From a virus: DNA of 64,000 nucleotides. The number at the start of each line of letters is the position of its first letter. Position 1 is the first letter of the stretch. Below are positions 9,200 to 18,672 of the stretch, in pieces. The stretch spans positions 22,306 to 86,305 of the IMG/VR virus record IMGVR_UViG_3300042908_001045, one strand, 5' to 3'. The position numbers and the translations under genes are program-made. Below the pieces are notes generated by a model. The model did not search any database, was not told the DNA's origin, and was given only the letters and a program-made list of their open reading frames with translations.

Positions 9200-10303
9200 T
9201 TATTGTCTCAACTGAATAGGCATTAGTAATCTTAAATTATCTGGATCTCCCATTTTAGACAAGATAACCGGTGTTAGTTCTTGATTCATTTGAAGTCTCA
9301 CCTCTTCTCCATTAAGAGATTTTAATGCTTCTAAGATGTATTTTGCATTAAAACAAATTACAATTGGGCTTCCGGAGAAATCACAATTTAATGTGTCAAT
9401 AGCGCTGCCAACGCCTTGATTTTCAGTTGTTAATTCTACTTTTTGTTCATCTGGCACAAAAGTCATTTTCACAATATTATTTTTTGAGTCAGACATAATA
9501 TTAACCCGTTCCAGTGTTTCTATTAGCTGCTTTCTAGAAATACAACATTCTCTCTCAAATTGTCTTGGTATTAATTGAGAATAGTTTGGATAATTTCCCT
9601 GTAATGTTCTGAAGACAACAGTAGTGTTGTCTGATTGAATTTTGGCTATTGACTCTGAAAATGTTAACTGAAATACGCTATAAGGCTTTACAATTTTAAT
9701 TATTTCATGTAAAACCTTTGCTGGAATAGTGCATGCGTTTATAGTTTCTTTGCTTTCGTAAGAAAATACTGATAGCCTGTGTCCATCGGTTGTGGCTAAG
9801 CACATTTTTTCGTTTTTATACTGAAAATTTACTCCAGTTAATACTTGTTTAGTTTCATCACTAGAAGCAGAGAAAAGAACGGATTTTAATCCTTCTAGCA
9901 ACTTTTCAGCAGATAGCGATATTTCTTCACTTTCCTCTAAAGATGGAAAAGTTGCATACTCTGCTGAGGAAACACCATTAATTTTGAATTTACCAGTTTT
10001 GTGCTTAATGTTTAATGTTGTCTCGTCTGTGTTTACTTTAATCTCTAAATCACAGTTAGGTATTTTGTTGATGCTGTCTACTAACGCTCTAGCGGAAACA
10101 CAGATAGAGCCTTCTTCTATTATTTCTGCTGCAATTTCTGTTTTAATCCATATAGATAAATCAGACCCTGTTATAATTAAATTGTCTTCCTTAGCTTCTA
10201 CTAAGAAACAACCTAAGATAGGGTGGGTAGGACGAGCTGAAATTGCTCTAGCGACCTGATTTATTGCATTAGAAAAACTAGCTTGGTTTACGAAAAATTT
10301 CAT
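9200..10303 (-). CDS. dnaN: DNA polymerase III beta sliding clamp
   Basis: Full-length 367 aa: RPTHPIL, DETKQVLTGV, ATTDGHRL, GNYPNYSQLIP, FNAKYI, LLMPIQLR; cyanobacterial type. Confidence 0.95.
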   Translation of the reverse strand: MKFFVNQASFSNAINQVARAISARPTHPILGCFLVEAKEDNLIITGSDLSIWIKTEIAAEIIEEGSICVSARALVDSINKIPNCDLEIKVNTDETTLNIKHKTGKFKINGVSSAEYATFPSLEESEEISLSAEKLLEGLKSVLFSASSDETKQVLTGVNFQYKNEKMCLATTDGHRLSVFSYESKETINACTIPAKVLHEIIKIVKPYSVFQLTFSESIAKIQSDNTTVVFRTLQGNYPNYSQLIPRQFERECCISRKQLIETLERVNIMSDSKNNIVKMTFVPDEQKVELTTENQGVGSAIDTLNCDFSGSPIVICFNAKYILEALKSLNGEEVRLQMNQELTPVILSKMGDPDNLRLLMPIQLRQ

Positions 10304-10335
10304 GATTAACTACTCTGTATTGCCAATTTAATTAT

Positions 10336-11841
10336 ATGATAGAAATTCAATTAAATCCAAGATTTAAAACAAAAATTAAACAAAGAACAATTGACTTTTT
10401 AACACAAAACGGACGCGCTCAGTCGCTAGATAACTTTTATCAAGTTCCGTCTAATTATAGTGAGTTTTTGCAAGAGTGTTGTCGAATTAGATCTGGTAAT
10501 AAATTTATTCCTTTTGCTCCGTTTGAATATCAAAAAATTGTTAGTGATTTAATAGATAAATATCGCGGTATAATGATTTTCAAAACAAGACAATTAGGTT
10601 TAACTGAATGTATTTCTGCTAAGTTTTTACATAAAGCATTGTTAAACCCTGCCTACGCTGCGGCTGTATTGTCTTTAGGACAAAAAGAATCTTCTAATAT
10701 TGCAGTGCGTATTCAATCCATGCCTGCTAATATCAAAGACCTTAGATTTTTAACTAAATCTAAAACGGAGATCCACTTTCAGAATGCTGGTAAAATATGG
10801 TTTCGCCCTGCTACAGATAATGCTACACGGTCACTAGAATCTGTTAGTGATATTTTTTATGATGAGGCTGCATTTCCTCCTAATTTTAGTGAGATTTATG
10901 CATCGTCAACACCATCACAAGAAGCGGTAGGGGAAAATGCCAGAACTATAATGGCTACAACAATGTCTCAACTAGGAAAATTGTCGACTTTTTGGCAAAT
11001 GTTTGATTCAGCTAATCCAGTAAATGCAGAGGAATTGATAGAAAAAATTAAAGCAGGTAAAGAAGAGCCGTGCTATTGGTGGGTGGACAACAATGGCTGG
11101 GCAAAAGTAATTATTCATTGGAAGGCTCATCCAGTATATAGCAATGTTCCTGACTTTTTGCAAAAGACTAAAGAAAAACATAAATTAACAGATGATGCAC
11201 TTAATAGAGAATACAATCTTGGCATTCCTGATTCAGGTGGTGCTTTATTTAGTTCTGAGAATGTTTTTAAATGTGCTGTTGGTAGTTGGGCATTACCAAA
11301 TAAAGAAAGACATTATATGGCAGCATTAGATCCAAATTTTGGAGGTACAGACTATTGGGAGTATTTAATAATTGACATTACTGATTATCCATATCAAGTA
11401 GTAGCTGAGTACAGAGAAAACGATAGACAATCTTTGTTCTGTATAGACAAAACATTACAATTATCAGATGCTTACAATCCTGTTTTAACTGTAATAGAAC
11501 ACAACTCTGGTGGTGCTATTATTGCAGCTGAAATTGTTAAACAGCGTCCTGGTTTAGCAATTGACACAGTAGCCACTACTAACACTTCTAAAGTTGTTAA
11601 CACAGACCGATTGGCATTAGCATTAGAAAAAAGAGAGATTATATTTCCAGCTAATTGGGCAGGGTTAACAGAATTTAAAAGTTTTTCTCTTCAAACTAGA
11701 AATGCAATGTATGGACATGATGATTGTATTATGTGTTTAAGCATTGCTTTTGCTAGATTAGAAACAGCGTTAAGAAGACGCGGAGGAGCGTTAGCAGCAG
11801 ATCTGGGAACTGTGTCTAGAGCAAAATCTAGGTTTAGATAA
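10336..11841 (+). CDS. terL: Terminase large subunit
   Basis: KTRQLGLT Walker A-like motif, FYDEAAF Walker B, nuclease ALDPNFGG..D and HDDCIMCL. Confidence 0.88.
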   Translation: MIEIQLNPRFKTKIKQRTIDFLTQNGRAQSLDNFYQVPSNYSEFLQECCRIRSGNKFIPFAPFEYQKIVSDLIDKYRGIMIFKTRQLGLTECISAKFLHKALLNPAYAAAVLSLGQKESSNIAVRIQSMPANIKDLRFLTKSKTEIHFQNAGKIWFRPATDNATRSLESVSDIFYDEAAFPPNFSEIYASSTPSQEAVGENARTIMATTMSQLGKLSTFWQMFDSANPVNAEELIEKIKAGKEEPCYWWVDNNGWAKVIIHWKAHPVYSNVPDFLQKTKEKHKLTDDALNREYNLGIPDSGGALFSSENVFKCAVGSWALPNKERHYMAALDPNFGGTDYWEYLIIDITDYPYQVVAEYRENDRQSLFCIDKTLQLSDAYNPVLTVIEHNSGGAIIAAEIVKQRPGLAIDTVATTNTSKVVNTDRLALALEKREIIFPANWAGLTEFKSFSLQTRNAMYGHDDCIMCLSIAFARLETALRRRGGALAADLGTVSRAKSRFR

Positions 11842-11976
11842 ATAATTTGCCAGCTTATTGAAGCGAAGCTGGCTTAGGTAGGAGAGGCTACCATAAAAAA
11901 TAGTATCACAAGTTTATCAATTTATGCTTTAAAAAATATTAAGATTTAAAATAAAGTATAAGTTAATTTATTTTTT

Positions 11977-13266
11977 ATGCCAAATTACGGGAAAATCTTT
12001 AACAAAATATGGCAATTTTTTAGACGTTCTAGTTCCTCAGATCTAGAAGGGTATAGGCAATCTGTTATTTACCCAGCTATTCAGTTTAAAGCTAATTATG
12101 ATTTACCAGAAACTCCAATACGTCCAGTACATGGTGATTTAAATATTTCTTATGATTTATTGGAGATGTATTATTGGAGTTATGAATATCGTCATGCCAT
12201 AGACACTATAGCATCAGATTGCTTTCAAGAAGTCGAGGGACAAGTATCTAGTTGGTATGTTTCTGACACATTAATAGATGGAAGTTCTGTTGCTCCAGAA
12301 GTATTAGAAATAGCCAAAGAATTATCTACTGCTCGTTGCGGAAAAGATTTAATTTTAGGTGGTGATTTTTTAATACGAGCTGCTGTAGAAGCGTTGGCTT
12401 TTGGAGATAGTTTTGTGGAACTTGGTATTGGTAAAACTGGGTTAAGTAAAGATGATTGGGATATTACTGCTAGTCAATATTTACCAACTTTTTCTATATT
12501 TGTAGAGAAAACTGCTAATAATGAAACTCTCAAATATATACAACGAACTAAGTTAATGTCTTCTGATGATGACTTAGAGTTTAATCCAGTTAAAATACTT
12601 CATTTTAAGTACAAATCTCGCGGTCTTTATGGCAATTCTATTGGTTTTCCTTCGATAGAAACATGGCGCAAATTTAAAGATTGTTCCGTAGCTTTAGAAA
12701 CCGCAGCACGAGATGTGGGCATTACTCCTTGGCTTCATATTTTACCAGAAGACAAAACAGAACAAGACAGAATTGATTATATGCAACGTCATGAAAGCAT
12801 GGCGGCATCTGGCATTATCACAAACTTGTATTTAATGTCTGGTTCTGATGTCCGTAAAGCAGCTAGCACATCCGGAGATGCGTTAACTCCATTAGTCGAT
12901 TACTGGTTAAAATTGCGATATCAATGCATTCCACCAAGAGTGCCAGCATGGATATTCCCCGGCTTAGCTGATACAGCAAGTGGAGCCAAGGACATTCATG
13001 GACAACCAGCATTAACATACAGCAGATTAATTGGGGAAGTACGTTCATTGATTGGAGAACAAGTGCGGTGGGCAATTTGCGTTAAAATGGTTCTTAGATA
13101 TGGCTATGATTTCTACTTAAATAATCGAGCTTTTGACGTTAAGTGGCCTAAATGGGTATTAACTCCAAATTCTGAATACACTCAAGTTATGAGTGAGTTT
13201 ACTCATCAAGATTCTACTCCTCCACCACAAGATTTACAACTAGAAAAATACTATGCTAGAAACTAA
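11977..13266 (+). CDS. Portal protein
   Basis: Follows terL; ALAFGDSFVE and KILHFK...LYGNS are portal-like motifs. Confidence 0.75.
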   Translation: MPNYGKIFNKIWQFFRRSSSSDLEGYRQSVIYPAIQFKANYDLPETPIRPVHGDLNISYDLLEMYYWSYEYRHAIDTIASDCFQEVEGQVSSWYVSDTLIDGSSVAPEVLEIAKELSTARCGKDLILGGDFLIRAAVEALAFGDSFVELGIGKTGLSKDDWDITASQYLPTFSIFVEKTANNETLKYIQRTKLMSSDDDLEFNPVKILHFKYKSRGLYGNSIGFPSIETWRKFKDCSVALETAARDVGITPWLHILPEDKTEQDRIDYMQRHESMAASGIITNLYLMSGSDVRKAASTSGDALTPLVDYWLKLRYQCIPPRVPAWIFPGLADTASGAKDIHGQPALTYSRLIGEVRSLIGEQVRWAICVKMVLRYGYDFYLNNRAFDVKWPKWVLTPNSEYTQVMSEFTHQDSTPPPQDLQLEKYYARN

Positions 13267-13423
13267 GTTTGTACCTGAAAAATCAGATCTAATCCCATTA
13301 GATGAATTACTTAAAACAGCATTAATTACTGATGATGATGTTAATAACTATATTAAAGATTGGGACAAAAACAATGTTGAATATGCTGGTTTACTAAAAG
13401 CTGAAATTGTGGCTGAGGAGTAA
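13253..13423 (+). CDS. Small acidic hypothetical protein (56 aa)
   Basis: Hand-translated MLETKFVPEK...AEIVAEE*; fills the portal to minor-head gap exactly. Below the track's size cutoff. Confidence 0.65.
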   Translation: MLETKFVPEKSDLIPLDELLKTALITDDDVNNYIKDWDKNNVEYAGLLKAEIVAEE

Positions 13424-13425
13424 CA

Positions 13426-14121
13426 ATGGCAGATTTCTCCTTTGACACTAAAACTCAAAGATTCCGCTATACTTCTGGTATTTTTGCTGGTAGATTTGTA
13501 TCTAGAGCAGACATACAAGAAGTGATAGAAAATAATATTAATAGGCTAAAAGGAGATATTAAAACTACTACTCAATTGCTATTAGATAAAAAAATAACTG
13601 TAGCAACATGGGAACAAACTATGCGGGAGATTATTAAAAAAGGTAATACTCAATCTTACCTAGCAGGTAAAGGAGGTAATTATCAATTCAAAGCTAGGGA
13701 TAAAGGAGTAGTAGGCAATAGTTTAGTTGATGAATATGCTTACCTACGACGTTTTTCTCAGGAAATTAATAGCGGTAATTTATCTCCTGCTCAAATATTA
13801 GACAGGTCCAGTAAATATGGAGATTCTTTCTATAAATTCTATGAAAGAGGAAGGTCAGAAGCACATAAAGAAGCTGGATTTAAATGGGAAAAATGGGTAA
13901 TTGGAGCATACAACAACGTTTGCCCTGACTGCATTTCTTATTCAATGAATGGCTGGCAAATAATTGGATATTTTCCACCAATTGCTGTTGCCACGGCTTG
14001 TAAAATGCGCTGTAGATGTCACAAAGATTATTCTAACAGTGTTACTAAACCAATTGTAGATTTATTAAATTCAAAACAAGGATGGATTAATTATGGAAGT
14101 TATGCTACAAAAGCCAGTTAA
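13426..14121 (+). CDS. Minor head / head morphogenesis protein (SPP1 gp7 / Mu gpF-like)
   Basis: After the portal; C-terminal CPDC...CKMRCRC motif. Confidence 0.65.
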   Translation: MADFSFDTKTQRFRYTSGIFAGRFVSRADIQEVIENNINRLKGDIKTTTQLLLDKKITVATWEQTMREIIKKGNTQSYLAGKGGNYQFKARDKGVVGNSLVDEYAYLRRFSQEINSGNLSPAQILDRSSKYGDSFYKFYERGRSEAHKEAGFKWEKWVIGAYNNVCPDCISYSMNGWQIIGYFPPIAVATACKMRCRCHKDYSNSVTKPIVDLLNSKQGWINYGSYATKAS

Positions 14122-14800
14122 ACGTACTTTATACATGGGTTCTCCTACACCAGAAGATTTAGATAAAATCAAATTTTATACTAAAGAAGATTGGGAGTAT
14201 GACGAATGGTATGTTGTTCCGCTGCGTGCTTCAGACAATTTAGTTAGTAGAAGCTATAAAGTGTGGCATGATGACGTTCTACAACAAATGCCTAAAGAAT
14301 TGATTGGTAAAAATTTAATATACAACCACGAATGGAGTGAAGCCGAGGAATCAATTGGTTTTATATTAGATGCTTTTTTAGTGTCTGAACCAAGTTATGA
14401 CAACGCAATTGACAGCGGCGACAGATACACTAAAAACATGTCTATTGTAAAAAATAAAGGGTATAAATGCGTTTATTGTCTAGCTGCTATTCATGCATCA
14501 AAAGCTGAAGACATAATGAATATTAAGACAATGCGCGTTAATAAATGCTCTACTGGTGGTGTATTATCTCAAGTAGATATTATTTGTCCTAATTGCTCTG
14601 CTGAATACGGGAGAGAAGTCAGCTTCTTTGAATTAGATTCTATGGGTAAATACATCTGTCCTCACCAAATACCAGGAGGATATGAATACGACGAAGACGA
14701 CGAGATAGCTGATTATGCAATTTGGAATGGCATATTTGAGGGTGTTGAGCTATCTTTAGTCGTTTGCGGAAATTTACCCAATGCTGAAATTTTAAGATAG
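14093..14800 (+). CDS. Putative prohead protease with Zn-binding insert
   Basis: NHEW, CSTGG and ELSLV motifs resemble HK97-type proteases; CPNC...CPH insert. Confidence 0.6.
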   Translation: MEVMLQKPVKRTLYMGSPTPEDLDKIKFYTKEDWEYDEWYVVPLRASDNLVSRSYKVWHDDVLQQMPKELIGKNLIYNHEWSEAEESIGFILDAFLVSEPSYDNAIDSGDRYTKNMSIVKNKGYKCVYCLAAIHASKAEDIMNIKTMRVNKCSTGGVLSQVDIICPNCSAEYGREVSFFELDSMGKYICPHQIPGGYEYDEDDEIADYAIWNGIFEGVELSLVVCGNLPNAEILR

Positions 14801-14828
14801 AATAGTTTAGCACCTTAAACAACAAATC

Positions 14829-14862
14829 AAAGTGCTGTCTGTGGCAATTGGCAGCACTTTTT
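14829..14862. terminator. Rho-independent terminator between convergent genes
   Basis: AAAGTGCTGTC...GGCAGCACTTTTT. Confidence 0.65.
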
Positions 14863-14865
14863 ACT

Positions 14866-15210
14866 TTATGCTTCGTAACTACTATTTAGCCACTCAACAA
14901 ACTTATCCAAGAGCAAATACAGTGTTTGCTCATTGGCTTGTCTTTGCCAAAATTCTTCTCTACTCATCTTTCCTTCTACAGGAAACATGAGTTCTTTAAA
15001 TTTAAGATCCATCCAAGGCTTTATTTGTCTTGATTGACAATCGCCGTCCGGGTGGATCTCAACTACAACATTTTCTACAATGTCGTTCCACAGAACATTA
15101 TCAAATGTTTTGTCGCATGCAAACACAAACCGCTCCCACGCGTTGACTTGGATTGCGTATTCAGTTAATTCCCACGCACGAGAATTTCCTGGGTCTCTTA
15201 CATATCTCAT
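14866..15210 (-). CDS. Hypothetical protein
   Basis: 114-aa ORF with GAGGGA RBS and an upstream TTGACA on the minus strand. Confidence 0.65.
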   Translation of the reverse strand: MRYVRDPGNSRAWELTEYAIQVNAWERFVFACDKTFDNVLWNDIVENVVVEIHPDGDCQSRQIKPWMDLKFKELMFPVEGKMSREEFWQRQANEQTLYLLLDKFVEWLNSSYEA

Positions 15211-15268
15211 ATACAGTCCCTCCTATTCAATAGTTATAATAAACCACAAATATATAGTTGTCAATAAT

Positions 15269-15628
15269 TTATTTATGTAATTTTCGATAATTTCTTTGCA
15301 GTGTTTTAACAAACGCCGGAGTATTTTTGTTTTTCCAAACTGGGTCTGTTTTGCTTATAATCCAATTCTCTGAGGAATGACATACGTTTTTATGACAGTA
15401 CTTACATACTGGGAAGAAGTTAACTCCATATTTATCCCCAGATTTTCTATAACTGCTATGATGCACTTCTTCACTTTTGTTTATGCCACAACAGCAGCAT
15501 TTGCCGTTAGTTCTTCTGTGTGCAGCAGACAACTTTTTTTTAGTTACTTTTTTATATCGTTGGCTGTAATCGTAGTTCATGCCTGGTTTTGGCATATCTT
15601 GAAATAACCATTGAAGTATATTAAACAT
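15269..15628 (-). CDS. HNH endonuclease-like protein
   Basis: CCCCG...EVHH..Y...FPVCKYCH; AGGAGG RBS. Confidence 0.65.
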   Translation of the reverse strand: MFNILQWLFQDMPKPGMNYDYSQRYKKVTKKKLSAAHRRTNGKCCCCGINKSEEVHHSSYRKSGDKYGVNFFPVCKYCHKNVCHSSENWIISKTDPVWKNKNTPAFVKTLQRNYRKLHK

Positions 15629-15680
15629 AGTTGCCTCCTTTTATAGCTATTACGGATTTACCGCAATAGCTTGTAATTTA

Positions 15681-16082
15681 TTAAGATTTATGTCTCCCAA
15701 TCCACGATTGAGCAATTTTTATTTGCATTTCTACTTCCAATTCATAAGCAGCGCTACATTCATTTTTCGCTCTTTCTTCAAAAGTTTCTATGTATTTTAA
15801 CGCAGCTGCTGAATTATAAGAAAATAATTCCCAAGTAAATTTAACAGCAGATTCTTGTATTTGTTTTTTCTTTAAAATACAGTTGTAGATCTTCTCCGCT
15901 ATATCATATTTACCATTTACTATTCGTAAAGCAGCTAGGGGACAGTGGTCAAAAACTTCCCAAATAAAACTGTTATCATCAATCTCAGAGTCATTAATTA
16001 AACGACATTTTATTTCTTCTGGGGTAATCTTAACCGTAACTTCATCTAAATTATTACGAATTTTGGCAATTTGTCTTGTCAT
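15681..16082 (-). CDS. Hypothetical protein
   Basis: 133-aa ORF divergent from the helicase. Confidence 0.6.
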   Translation of the reverse strand: MTRQIAKIRNNLDEVTVKITPEEIKCRLINDSEIDDNSFIWEVFDHCPLAALRIVNGKYDIAEKIYNCILKKKQIQESAVKFTWELFSYNSAAALKYIETFEERAKNECSAAYELEVEMQIKIAQSWIGRHKS

Positions 16083-16218
16083 TTTACTTTTCGGTATTTT
16101 GTCTTTTACATTTTACTTAATATTGGTTTTGTTGTCAATAACAATCTGTAAGATATGTATTGACACTTATCCTTATTTCTGATATAAAAATAATTGATAA
16201 AACTAAGTAATTGTTACT

Positions 16219-17928
16219 ATGCTCAGACAGTATCAACAAAACGTAATTAAAGACGTGTACTCTTTGTATAAAAAAGGAATTAAATCAGTTTTGGTTTATG
16301 CTCCGACTGGTAGTGGAAAGACGTTTATCGCGTCTCAAATTATAGCTGATGCATTGAATAAGGGGCGAAAAGTTCTTTTTTTAGTTCACAGGACAAGGTT
16401 AATAGAGCAAACGATCAAAACACTGAGAGAAAAATATAGTATTTCCCAATTTGATATTGGAGTGATTTCACCAGAATACTCTCCTGCCTATCATTGTCCA
16501 ATTCAAATAGCAATGGTACAAACGATAGCCAGGAGGCAATTGCCATCAGATATTGGTTTAGTGATTGTTGATGAGGCGCATACACTTGCTTACTTTGAAG
16601 TGTATTCTAGAATAGTAAATCATTACTCTGGTGGCGTATTAGCTTGTTCTAATTGCTTTTTCCTTGGATTATCCGCTTCTCCATGGAGAACTAAAGCTAA
16701 AGAAGGATTTTGTCAGTATTTCCAAGCTATTGTGCGCGCTCCATATCCAGCCGAATTAATTAGAGAAAAACATTTAGCGTCTGCACGTCATTTTGGATGG
16801 GGTGGGTTAATAGATTACAGGAAGCTGGATTCTGCTAATGGAGATTTCACGTCAGTTAGTTTAGAGTTAGTTTGTAATAGCGAGTATAATGCTATTGTTG
16901 TTGATAAATTTAAAGATTTATGCCCTAATAGAAAAACTATAGCTTTTTGTGCTAGTGTTAAACAGGCTGAAGACTTAGCGGAAAAATTTAATCAATTGAA
17001 TATTATTTCTGAAGTAATAAAAGCAGAAACTGATAATAGTGAAAGAAATGCTATTTACAATAGATTTAAGCACGGCATTACACAAATGTTGGTTAGTGTT
17101 TCCGTTTTATGCGAAGGTTTTGATGAGCCAAGTTGTGATGCTGCGATAATTGCTAGACCAACAAAATCTAAAGCATTGTGGGTTCAGATGTGCGGTAGAG
17201 CATTACGAATTTTCCCTGGTAAAGAAAATGCTTATTTACTAGATTTTGGTGACAATACTAAAAGATTTGGATTATCAACAGAAGGCTATCAAACGCCATT
17301 GTGTCCAGTATTTAAGAAAAATCATGAAATGCCAGTTAAAGAATGCCCTAACTGTGCTGCTGTGTTACCTATTTTTGCTCAAATATGTCCTCATTGCGGT
17401 TTTGAATTTATTGGAGAAGAAGATAAAGAAATTCCTGATGTTTTACCAGAGTTTGGTGAGATTTTTTCAAAAGAACAGCAGAAACAAATTGGATATTTAA
17501 GAGGACAGCTACTTCGTGCTTACAAAGCTGGTAGGAATATTGCGAGAGTAACTTGGCTGTTTACAGAACAATATGGATTTGCGCCAGAACAACATTGGTA
17601 TAAAGATGCAATTTTTAGACGCGGTAAATCATGTCATCCGCTTGTTAGAAAAGCAGATCAAGCTAGACTTCTTAAAGTGCTAAAAAAGGCTAATCCTAAA
17701 GCGACATTGGGTTGGTTAGGAGAACAATTCCGCAGAGAATTTGGACCTGGATATTACAATTTTGAAAATGTTATTACTTGGTATGATGCACTGGGAATAC
17801 CATCTAGCAGTTGTTGGAAAGAAATTAAACAAGCCTACCAAAAGTTAATAATAGATGCATCTCCAGAGTATGCGGAAGTTCTTAATTTCTGCTTAGAAGA
17901 TGCTAAAAGTATAAAACTTGGGAAATAA
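16219..17928 (+). CDS. Superfamily 2 DEAH helicase with Zn ribbon (RadD/YejH-like)
   Basis: APTGSGKT, VDEAH, LSASP, EGFDEP, QMCGRALR, CPNC...CPHC. Upstream TTGACA-17-TATAAA at 16160..16188. Confidence 0.9.
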   Translation: MLRQYQQNVIKDVYSLYKKGIKSVLVYAPTGSGKTFIASQIIADALNKGRKVLFLVHRTRLIEQTIKTLREKYSISQFDIGVISPEYSPAYHCPIQIAMVQTIARRQLPSDIGLVIVDEAHTLAYFEVYSRIVNHYSGGVLACSNCFFLGLSASPWRTKAKEGFCQYFQAIVRAPYPAELIREKHLASARHFGWGGLIDYRKLDSANGDFTSVSLELVCNSEYNAIVVDKFKDLCPNRKTIAFCASVKQAEDLAEKFNQLNIISEVIKAETDNSERNAIYNRFKHGITQMLVSVSVLCEGFDEPSCDAAIIARPTKSKALWVQMCGRALRIFPGKENAYLLDFGDNTKRFGLSTEGYQTPLCPVFKKNHEMPVKECPNCAAVLPIFAQICPHCGFEFIGEEDKEIPDVLPEFGEIFSKEQQKQIGYLRGQLLRAYKAGRNIARVTWLFTEQYGFAPEQHWYKDAIFRRGKSCHPLVRKADQARLLKVLKKANPKATLGWLGEQFRREFGPGYYNFENVITWYDALGIPSSSCWKEIKQAYQKLIIDASPEYAEVLNFCLEDAKSIKLGK

Positions 17929-18351
17929 TTAATCAATTATGTTGTAGACAAAAAATGATTTAAACCAATCAAAAATAAGTTGTATTTTGTTCCGAAAAAA
18001 AAATAACATTAAAGCGTTTATTCTCACAAAAGTTTCTTTAATATTGACTTTTATTTTTTTAATTTGAAACATTACTATTCTAGATGGTGTTTCACTAGAA
18101 ACTAGAATTACTGTCTTAATTCGCTCAGATTTAAATGTAGGAGTGTCCATTTTCTTAGATCTTAAAAAAGATATAAATTCCGTATAATATTCGGCTAACA
18201 ATAGCCAAGTCTCATCCTGACAGCTTACAAACATGTCTAAATTATTTGTGTTGCTATTATTATCTGTGTTGCTACTATTATTTGATTCTATAAATGTTAT
18301 TGAACAGTAGCTTAGTATTTCTTCTATAGGAGTTTTAATTATTTCAGCCAT
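17929..18351 (-). CDS. Hypothetical protein
   Basis: 140-aa ORF coupled to the XRE gene. Confidence 0.5.
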   Translation of the reverse strand: MAEIIKTPIEEILSYCSITFIESNNSSNTDNNSNTNNLDMFVSCQDETWLLLAEYYTEFISFLRSKKMDTPTFKSERIKTVILVSSETPSRIVMFQIKKIKVNIKETFVRINALMLFFFRNKIQLIFDWFKSFFVYNIID

Positions 18352-18578
18352 GGGTTTTTTGGATTAACTACGCTTTCATCTAAATTTAGCAAAGTGACAG
18401 GGTTTATCTCCAGTGCGCGAGCTAACTTAATTAATAATGGAACTGTCTTAATTCCTCTTTGCTCAGCGCGAATAACTGTCATTCTACTAAGATTTGCACA
18501 AATAGCTAATCTTTGGTGACTGAATCCTTTCTCTATTCGAACTTCTCGTAAGTAACTACCTTGTTTTGATGGTTTCAT
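18339..18578 (-). CDS. XRE/Cro-family HTH regulator
   Basis: LREVRIEKGFSHQRLA...LSRMTVIRAE...LARALEINP; divergent from the capsid gene. Confidence 0.85.
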   Translation of the reverse strand: MKPSKQGSYLREVRIEKGFSHQRLAICANLSRMTVIRAEQRGIKTVPLLIKLARALEINPVTLLNLDESVVNPKNPWLK

Positions 18579-18672
18579 ATTTTGTACCGTATTAGATACA
18601 TCTATTCAGATTATTGCCATTTTAGTTGGTATTTTTATTTTAAAGTAATAAGTATAATCTAGCCAAAATTGT

